64,000 bases of DNA, taken from positions 253,941-317,940 of the forward strand of contig JBGAGY010000006.1 of the NCBI GenBank assembly GCA_044226485.1. Reading direction: 5' to 3'. Shown here in pieces: positions 57,414-64,000 of the stretch (positions are counted from its first letter, which is position 1; each line of letters opens with the position of its first letter). The notes below the pieces were generated by a model, which was given only the letters and a program-made list of their open reading frames with translations, searched no databases and had not been told where the DNA came from. The stretch comes from Anaerolineales bacterium. Its GTDB lineage: Bacteria > Chloroflexota > Anaerolineae > Anaerolineales > UBA6663. Made by a program: the position numbers and the translations under genes.

Positions 57414-59549
57414 ATGGGTATGCGCGTTCTGTACGTTGAGGACAACGCGCTGGATGCCGATCTGACCAAGCGGCATCTGCGCAAATCGGCGCCGGACATC
57501 GCGCTTGACGTCGTCGCGACGATCAGCGAGGCGTTACTGCGTCTGCGCGCCCATGGCGCCCAGGATTACGACCTGGTGCTGACCGACCTGAACCTGCCCG
57601 ATGGCGAGGGCCTCGCGCTGTACGGTCAGATCCGGGCCCGCAACTGGCAGCTCCCGGTCGTTGTGATCACCGGCCTCGGCGATGACGCGACGGTCTCGGC
57701 CGCCCTGCGCGCCGGCGCCTCGGATTACGTGGTCAAGCGCGAGGATTACCTCGACAAACTCCCCGCCACCCTGCGTGACGCCGTCGAACGCTTCAAGGAT
57801 GAACGCGAGCGACAGGGCCAACCGCTGCGCGTGCTCTACGCCGAAGACGACAACGAGACTTTCGAGCTGACGTCTCGGCAGTTCGCGCGCCAGGCGCCTA
57901 ACATCCGCTTGCAGCGGGTCACCACTGGCGCAGAGGTGCTGCAGCGCCTGACTGACGTCGATCCTCAGGATCTGCCCGACCTCCTCCTGCTCGATTACCA
58001 GTTGCCGGATCAGAACAGCCTCGACCTGTTGCGCGCGCTGCGCATCGGCACCACCAGCCGTGTGCCCGCCGTTGTGATCACGGCCGCCCCCGAAGAAGAG
58101 ATCGCGCTCGGCGTCTTCAAGTTCGGCGCCAACGACTACCTGGTCAAGAGCGCCGGCTACCTGACCCGGTTGCCACGCGTCCTCGAGAGCGTGGCCTATC
58201 GCGCGCAACTGCAGCGAGAGCAAGAGGCGCTCCACGAGAGCCAGCAGCGGTTGCAGGCCGCGTACGCGGATGCACGCCGACAGCTGGCCGATCAGCGCAT
58301 GTTGTTCGAAACCGGCCAGGTCCTGTCGGCCGCCCAGACGGAGTCCGAAGTCTGGCACATCGTCTGCGAGCGCATGCTCGACTACATCGGGGCCACGTCA
58401 AGCAGCATGGTCACGGCTTCTCCGGCCGAAGAAGTCGTCCTGCTTTACCATCTCTGCGGCGTCGAGGCCAGTGACGCCGAACGAGTGCCGACCCTCGACC
58501 GGCCCTTGTTCATTCGGGATTTCCCGCATTGGGAACACGAGCTGAGGGCAGGGCGCCTCTACCAGGCGGTGTTCGGGAAGAGCGAGCTTTCGCCGGTCGA
58601 GGCTGGCGCGATGCAAGGGCGCCAGTGCAAGCGGCTGGTGATCGTGCCGTTGATCGCCCGCGGCCGCCAGTTGGCCATCGTCATCCTGTGGGATTCGCGC
58701 AACGACGTCCCGGTGCCCGACCAGGCCGCCCAGATCCTGGTGACCATCGGCGCGCAGGCCGCTCTCAAACTCGAAAACTTGCAGCTTGTGAGCCGCCTCG
58801 AAACGGCGGCGCATGAAGCCACCGAGCTGGCCCGCGCCGCCCAGTCGGCCAGCCAGCTCAAGAGCGATTTCCTGGCCAACACGTCGCACGAGTTGCGATC
58901 GCCGCTGACGGCCATGCAGAGCGCGCTCTCGATGGTGCTCGACGACATGTGCCAGTCGCCGGAAGAAGAGCGGCACTGGCTGTCGATGTCGTACGCCGCG
59001 TCGGAGCAACTGCAGCGCTTTATCTCGGATCTGCTCGACTTCGCTCAAATCGAGGCCGGTCGCGTGCGTCTGGAGACGCAGGATTTCGACCTTCAACTGC
59101 TGATCGAGGAAGTCGTGGCACGCAACAAGACTCGAGCGCAGGAAAAGGGCCTGGCCCTCATCGTGAACTACCCGGCGGGTCCCCGTCAGCAGGCGCTTGT
59201 CGACTACACAAAGGCACGGCGCGTGCTCGACAACCTGCTCGATAACGCCATCAAGTTCACGGATCACGGCCACGTATCGATCAGCGTCGAGCCGAACGTG
59301 CCCTCCGGCTTCGTCGACATCGTCGTCGCGGACAGCGGGCTCGGCATCCCGGTCGAGATGCAGGCCCAGGTGCTCGAGCCGTTCGTCCAGGTCGACAGCA
59401 GCTCGACCCGCACCCACAGCGGCTTCGGCCTCGGGCTGAGTATGGCGCGTCGCCTGACCGAGCTCATGGGCGGAAGCCTGCTCATCGCCAGCCCGGGCGT
59501 CGACCAGGGCACTAACGTGACGTTGCGGCTGCCGCTGGCAGTTGGGTGA
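57414..59549 (+). CDS. hybrid sensor kinase: two N-terminal receiver domains, GAF domain, HisKA and HATPase_c
   Basis: REC1 (VLYVEDN...LVLTDLNLPDG). REC2 (VLYAEDD...LLLLDYQLPD). GAF-like middle region. H-box SHELRSPL and G-boxes (DSGLGIP, GFGLGLS). Confidence 0.85.
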   Translation: MGMRVLYVEDNALDADLTKRHLRKSAPDIALDVVATISEALLRLRAHGAQDYDLVLTDLNLPDGEGLALYGQIRARNWQLPVVVITGLGDDATVSAALRAGASDYVVKREDYLDKLPATLRDAVERFKDERERQGQPLRVLYAEDDNETFELTSRQFARQAPNIRLQRVTTGAEVLQRLTDVDPQDLPDLLLLDYQLPDQNSLDLLRALRIGTTSRVPAVVITAAPEEEIALGVFKFGANDYLVKSAGYLTRLPRVLESVAYRAQLQREQEALHESQQRLQAAYADARRQLADQRMLFETGQVLSAAQTESEVWHIVCERMLDYIGATSSSMVTASPAEEVVLLYHLCGVEASDAERVPTLDRPLFIRDFPHWEHELRAGRLYQAVFGKSELSPVEAGAMQGRQCKRLVIVPLIARGRQLAIVILWDSRNDVPVPDQAAQILVTIGAQAALKLENLQLVSRLETAAHEATELARAAQSASQLKSDFLANTSHELRSPLTAMQSALSMVLDDMCQSPEEERHWLSMSYAASEQLQRFISDLLDFAQIEAGRVRLETQDFDLQLLIEEVVARNKTRAQEKGLALIVNYPAGPRQQALVDYTKARRVLDNLLDNAIKFTDHGHVSISVEPNVPSGFVDIVVADSGLGIPVEMQAQVLEPFVQVDSSSTRTHSGFGLGLSMARRLTELMGGSLLIASPGVDQGTNVTLRLPLAVG

Positions 59550-59565
59550 CGACCGAATAGGCGAA

Positions 59566-59607
59566 GAGCGAAGGTTGAACAGCCGTCCAACCTTCGCCCT
59601 TCGTTAT
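59566..59607 (+). terminator. hairpin terminator after the hybrid kinase (CGAAGG hairpin family, one mismatch)
   Basis: cgaaggttgaac agcc gtccaaccttcg followed by cccttcgtt. Confidence 0.45.
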
Positions 59608-59733
59608 CCTTCGAGCGCGCGTCTGCTTATTCCAAACTCATCTTTCGACAGGCCCCGGTCTGTGATCCGCCGACCACAGTCTGCATGATATAACTTCCCC
59701 GACGCGTGTTCACGCATTCCCGGAGGTCGATTC

Positions 59734-60702
59734 ATGTTCTCCGCCCCGCAGGATGTGAGCCAGGCCTTGGCTCGCCAGCAGTACATATCGACGGACGAGA
59801 TCGCCACTGTCGTCTTTCTTGCCGCTCAACTCGGCAAGCCGATCCTGGCTGAGGGCCCGGCCGGCGTTGGCAAGACCGAACTGGCCAAGGCCTGGGCCTC
59901 AGCCGTCGGCCGCCCGCTCATCCGACTCCAGTGCTACGAAGGCCTCGACGAAACCAAGGCCCTCTACGAATGGGAGTACGCCAAGCAGATGCTCTATACG
60001 CAACTGCTGCGCGACAAGCTCAGTCAGCTTCTATCGGATAGTCAGACTCTGTCGCAGGCTGCCGATCGCCTCGCCAGCGAGGAAGACGTCTTCTTCTCGA
60101 AGCGCTTCCTGCTGCCGCGCCCGCTGCTGCAGGCCCTGCTCTCCGAAGAGCCCGTCGTGCTCTTGATCGACGAGATCGACCGCGCCGACGCCGAGTTCGA
60201 GGCCTTCTTGCTCGAAGTGCTCTCCGACTTCCAGGTGTCGGTGCCCGAGCTTGGCACGTTGACGGCGCGCCATCAGCCGCTCGTTCTGCTGACGTCAAAC
60301 AACACGCGTGAGTTATCCGAGGCGCTCAAGCGCCGCTGCGTCTATCTGCACATCGACTACCCGTCGATCGACGCCGAACTGGCCGTGGTCCGTCTGAAGG
60401 TGCCCGACCTGGCTCCAGGGCTGGCGCGTCAGGCCGTCGAATTGGTGCAGTCGCTGCGCGGCATGGATCTGAAGAAGGCGCCGTCGGTCAGCGAGACCCT
60501 CGACTGGGCGAGGGCGCTCGTCCTGCTCAACGCTCGCGCACTCGATCCGCAGACGCTCGAGCACACCCTCTCGATCCTGCTCAAGCACGAGACCGACCTG
60601 CAGCGCGCCAAGCTGAGCCTTCAGCGCGGCTCCGAACCCTCGCGGCGCGGCAACAACAACAACCTTCCGCGCCGCCTGCGCGGATCGCAATGGGATGAAT
60701 AG
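59734..60702 (+). CDS. MoxR-family AAA+ ATPase (CoxD-like subfamily)
   Basis: GGAGG SD 7 nt upstream. Walker A GPAGVGKT, Walker B LLIDEIDRA, sensor region SNNTREL. Confidence 0.8.
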   Translation: MFSAPQDVSQALARQQYISTDEIATVVFLAAQLGKPILAEGPAGVGKTELAKAWASAVGRPLIRLQCYEGLDETKALYEWEYAKQMLYTQLLRDKLSQLLSDSQTLSQAADRLASEEDVFFSKRFLLPRPLLQALLSEEPVVLLIDEIDRADAEFEAFLLEVLSDFQVSVPELGTLTARHQPLVLLTSNNTRELSEALKRRCVYLHIDYPSIDAELAVVRLKVPDLAPGLARQAVELVQSLRGMDLKKAPSVSETLDWARALVLLNARALDPQTLEHTLSILLKHETDLQRAKLSLQRGSEPSRRGNNNNLPRRLRGSQWDE

Positions 60703-60728
60703 TCGAAAAGTTTCGTGGCCAGGTGATG

Positions 60729-60774
60729 GACTACCCGACTACCTGACTACCTGACTACTCGACTACCTGACTAT
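60729..60774. repeat. 6 tandem copies of an 8-bp unit GACTACCY ending exactly at the start codon of the VWA gene
   Basis: gactaccc gactacct gactacct gactactc gactacct gactatat | ATG. No purine-rich SD is present. Confidence 0.8.
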
Positions 60775-62154
60775 ATGGACGACCGTCTTGTTCAATTCAT
60801 CGCGGGGCTGAGGGCCGCGGGCGTGAGGGTGTCGTTGGCGGAGAGCCAGGATGCCGCGCGCGCCGCCGAGGTGCTCGGCGTGCGCGATCGACGCACGTTC
60901 AAGGACGCGCTCAAGGCGACGCTCATCAAAGAGCACGGCGATGGCGAAGCGTATGAGCGCCTCTTCCCGCTGTTCTTCGGGTCGGGCGGTCCGCCGCTCA
61001 TCCCGCCGCAGCAGGCGCTGACGCCTGAGCAACAACGCGCCCTCGAAGACGCTTTGCGGGCCCTGGCCGGCGACCTGAGCCGGCTGCTTCAGCGCATGGC
61101 CCAGGGCGAAGCGCCCACTCAAGAAGAGATGGAGCGCGCCGCGCGCGTCGCCGGGGCGCAGAGCGCCACACGCCCGGGTCAGCAGGATCGACTGACGCGC
61201 GACATGCTGCGTCAGCTCGGGCTCGACCGGCTGGCTCGTGAGATCGAGCAGTTGATGCGTCAGCTCGAGCAGATGGGCATGAGCCCCGAAGGACGCGAGG
61301 CCGTGGAGCAGATGCTGGCCGCCAATCAGGAAGCCCTGGCCGAGCAGGCCGCCCGCTTCGCCGGGCAGAGCATCGCCCGCAATCTGTCTGAACAGCCGCG
61401 CCAGTCGTTCGATGAGCAGGGCTTGATGGAAACGCCCTTCAGCGAACTGACCGAGGCCGAGGCGCGCGAGCTGCGCAAGCTCGTCACGCGCCTGGCCGCT
61501 CGTCTGCGCTCACGCGCGGCACTGCGCCAGAAGAAGGGCGACGGCAAACAACTCGACGCCAAGACCACCCTGCGCGCCAACCTGCGCACCGGCGGCGTGC
61601 CTTTCAACATCCACTACAAAAAGCGCCAGATCAAGCCCAAGTTCGCCCTGATCTGCGATATCTCAACCTCGATGCGCCCGGTAGCCGAGTTCATGCTGCG
61701 CCTCATGTACGAGATGCAGGACCAGGTCGGCAAGGCGCGCTCCTTCGCCTTCAACGACCACCTTGAGGAAGTCAGCGACGAGTTCCTGCTGCAGCGGCCC
61801 GATGAGGCCATCCCGCAGGTGCTCACGCGCATCCCGCCAGGCTACTACGCCACGGATCTGGGCTTCAGCCTGCAGAACTTCGTCGAGAGCTTCTTCGATT
61901 CTGTGGACAATCGCACCACGGTCATCGTCCTTGGCGACGGCCGCAACAACCACCGCGATCCCCGGCTCGACCTCTTCGAGCGGGTCCGTGCCCGCGCCAG
62001 GCGGGTGGTGTGGTTCAACCCGGAGCCGAACTTCCAGTGGGGCCAGGGCGACAGCGACATGCTTGCCTACGGCCCGTTGTGCTCGGCCGTCCATCAGGTC
62101 AGCAACCTGGCCGAGTTGAGCGCCGCCGTCGACACCCTCTTCGTTCAGCGCTGA
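60775..62154 (+). CDS. VWA-domain protein of the CoxE family (MoxR-associated)
   Basis: MIDAS motif ALICDISTSM (DxSxS). C-terminal VWA fold (VIVLGDGRNN). Gene pair with the upstream MoxR ATPase. Confidence 0.75.
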   Translation: MDDRLVQFIAGLRAAGVRVSLAESQDAARAAEVLGVRDRRTFKDALKATLIKEHGDGEAYERLFPLFFGSGGPPLIPPQQALTPEQQRALEDALRALAGDLSRLLQRMAQGEAPTQEEMERAARVAGAQSATRPGQQDRLTRDMLRQLGLDRLAREIEQLMRQLEQMGMSPEGREAVEQMLAANQEALAEQAARFAGQSIARNLSEQPRQSFDEQGLMETPFSELTEAEARELRKLVTRLAARLRSRAALRQKKGDGKQLDAKTTLRANLRTGGVPFNIHYKKRQIKPKFALICDISTSMRPVAEFMLRLMYEMQDQVGKARSFAFNDHLEEVSDEFLLQRPDEAIPQVLTRIPPGYYATDLGFSLQNFVESFFDSVDNRTTVIVLGDGRNNHRDPRLDLFERVRARARRVVWFNPEPNFQWGQGDSDMLAYGPLCSAVHQVSNLAELSAAVDTLFVQR

Positions 62155-62303
62155 ATCTATATAAACCTCGGCCCACGGCCGTTTTGGTCGCATGAACCGG
62201 TGACTCGGGAACCGGGTCGGATAGCCCGGCGTCCGGGCTTGTATCTCCTGTCTGTGGTATCGTGGCCGGCGTGCGTTAAGCAGGGCGGGAGATGAGGTGA
62301 CCA

Positions 62304-64000
62304 ATGGCGTCCGTCAGGCATGGTGTCCGGTTCATACTGGCAGCCCTGCTGCTGGTGAGCGGGTTAGGGTTTTCGTCAGGCCCCGCCCAGGCTCGAGCGG
62401 GTCTGGCCCGCAAAGATCAATCGGTGGTGCAGGCTCGGCGCGAGCGCGCTGTCACGTTCGCGGCGCTCCGTGAGCGGCTTCAGCAAGAGGGCGGCAAGGT
62501 CCGCGTCATCGTACGGCTGAACACCGATTTCACACCCGAGGCGGATCTGCCGGCCGCCGAATCCCTCGATCAGCGCGCCGCCATCGATCGGGCGGCGGGC
62601 TCGCTCGAGGCCGAACTCGGCGCGGCTGCCGAGGCGTTCGAGAGCCTCGATCGGCTGCCCATCGCCATCCTCGTCGCTGACGCGCAGGCCCTGACCGTCC
62701 TGCAGAACTCACCCCGCGTCCTTTCGATCCAGGAAGACGTTCCCGAGCAGATGCAATTGGCCGAGAGCACAGCCCTGATCGGCGCGTCGGGCACGTTCGG
62801 CGCACACGCCGCGGGGTACACCGGCGCCGGCTATTCCGTCGCGATTCTGGACGTTGGCGTCGACAAACTTCACCCGTTCCTGTCGGGCCGGGTCGTGGTC
62901 GAAGCCTGTTTCTCGACGTCGTACAGTGGTTCATATACGACGACCACGCTCTGCCCGAACGGCCAGGGCGAGCAGCATGGCACCGATTCGGCGCGGCCAT
63001 GCAGCGTCAACAACCTAGATCCACTCAACGCCTGCGACCACGGCACTCACGTGGCCGGGATTGCGGCGGGCCATCAATATGCCACCATGGTCTCCGCCGG
63101 AAACGCATCGGCCCTCTACGACGGCGTGGCGCCGGACGCCAACATCATCGCTGTCCAGGTGTTTTCGCGGATGGATACCGCCTCCCAATGCGGCGGCGCC
63201 TCGTACACGCCGTGCTATCTGACGTTCCCCAGCGATCAACTCAAAGCGCTCAACTGGCTCAGCACGGTCGCCTCGACCTATAGCCTGGCCGCCATCAACA
63301 TGAGCCTGGGCGGCACGACCAAGTACACCAGCAACTGCGACGCAGATACGCGCAAGGTCGGCATCGACAACCTGCGGGCCGCCGGAGTCGTCACGTTCAT
63401 TGCGGCCGGCAACTCGGGCTGGACGGATGGCGTCAGCGCGCCGGGCTGCATCTCGAGCGTGGTGACCGTCGGCTCGACTCGCGACGGCGGGCCGGCGGCG
63501 ACCCCGGCTGACTCGATCTCGTCGTTCTCCAACAGTTCGTCGCTGGTCGAGATGTGGGCGCCCGGCGAGTGGATCCAGTCCTCGACGTTGAACAGCAAGT
63601 TCACGCTGAAGGCCGGCACTTCGATGGCCACGCCGCACGTCGCGGGCGGCTATCTGGTCTTCAAGCAGATGTATCCGGCGGACAGCGTCGACACGCTCTT
63701 GAGCCGCATGTACTCGGCCGGCGTGCTCGTGACGGATCCTCGCAACGGCATCACAAAACCCCGACTGGCCCTGAACACTGGCCTTCCATCGGCGTTCACC
63801 GACTCGTCGCCGGTGGGCTTCGGCTCCGTCGTCGTCGACCTGGGCTCCGATCGGGTCGTGACCTTCCAGAACACGAGCAGCCAGGTGGTATCGCTGACCG
63901 GCCCGGCCGTCACGGGCACTGGCTTTTCTTTCAAGGGCGGAACGTATCCCGGCACGGGCGGCACCTGTGCCGCCAGCCTCGCGGCGCACGCCACCTGCAC
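62304..64000 (+). CDS. secreted subtilisin-like serine protease (peptidase S8), 3'-truncated by window edge
   Basis: Not in the track because it has no stop inside the window. ATG 62304 has a GAGGT SD. Signal peptide present. Catalytic triad D (AILDVGVD), H (HGTHVAGI), S (GTSMATPHVAG). I27/inhibitor-like propeptide. Confidence 0.85.
   Translation, partial: MASVRHGVRFILAALLLVSGLGFSSGPAQARAGLARKDQSVVQARRERAVTFAALRERLQQEGGKVRVIVRLNTDFTPEADLPAAESLDQRAAIDRAAGSLEAELGAAAEAFESLDRLPIAILVADAQALTVLQNSPRVLSIQEDVPEQMQLAESTALIGASGTFGAHAAGYTGAGYSVAILDVGVDKLHPFLSGRVVVEACFSTSYSGSYTTTTLCPNGQGEQHGTDSARPCSVNNLDPLNACDHGTHVAGIAAGHQYATMVSAGNASALYDGVAPDANIIAVQVFSRMDTASQCGGASYTPCYLTFPSDQLKALNWLSTVASTYSLAAINMSLGGTTKYTSNCDADTRKVGIDNLRAAGVVTFIAAGNSGWTDGVSAPGCISSVVTVGSTRDGGPAATPADSISSFSNSSSLVEMWAPGEWIQSSTLNSKFTLKAGTSMATPHVAGGYLVFKQMYPADSVDTLLSRMYSAGVLVTDPRNGITKPRLALNTGLPSAFTDSSPVGFGSVVVDLGSDRVVTFQNTSSQVVSLTGPAVTGTGFSFKGGTYPGTGGTCAASLAAHATC

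Noticed and set aside
60721-60746. Mini-ORF MDYPTT* inside the octamer repeat as a stand-alone gene
   Set aside because: Too short to call a CDS. Retained only as a hypothesis within the repeat finding.

Overview
This 64-kb window is a gene-dense, ~68% GC bacterial chromosomal segment with about 50 protein-coding genes on both strands. I found no rRNA, tRNA, CRISPR array, transposase or integrase-with-att structure. The protein repertoire (TPR-glycosyltransferases, a PQQ-propeller Ser/Thr kinase, rhomboid plus flotillin, a CHAD protein, many Ala/Arg-rich linkers) suggests a high-GC Terrabacteria/Chloroflexota-like genome, but that is inference only.

Housekeeping genes are recognisable:
- pyrG, efp, ftsK, glcD-glcE-glcF, a PunA-type purine nucleoside phosphorylase, a Xer-type recombinase, a DinG-like exonuclease-helicase and an S1-domain protein.

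Accessory and signalling content includes:
- an ECF sigma/anti-sigma pair ahead of an ABC exporter and an FTR1 iron permease;
- a PAS histidine kinase, a single-domain response regulator and a hybrid kinase in tandem;
- a MoxR(CoxD-like)/VWA(CoxE-like) pair followed by an S8 protease truncated by the window edge;
- several alpha/beta hydrolases.

The most unusual content is a six-gene, tightly coupled minus-strand operon (1544..10068). Two GT2-TPR proteins and three paralogous TPR/GT-B-like proteins flank an FGE/SUMF1-family protein that lacks the catalytic cysteine pair. This looks like an uncharacterised protein- or glycan-modification system.

Other notable structures:
- an 88-bp region with perfect 34-bp inverted arms carrying repeated CCCGATGT motifs, in the divergent promoter of a two-gene module (a 171-aa hypothetical plus an SPFH/Band-7 protein fused to an excisionase-type HTH);
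- a perfect ~70-bp palindrome and a family of related CGAAGG-containing terminator hairpins at convergent gene ends;
- an 8-bp tandem repeat abutting the start codon of the VWA gene;
- an EF-P with Arg at the loop tip.

Many long antisense ORFs in the track are high-GC artefacts. Coordinates I indexed by hand may be off by 1-2 nt; where the ORF track gives coordinates, I use those.
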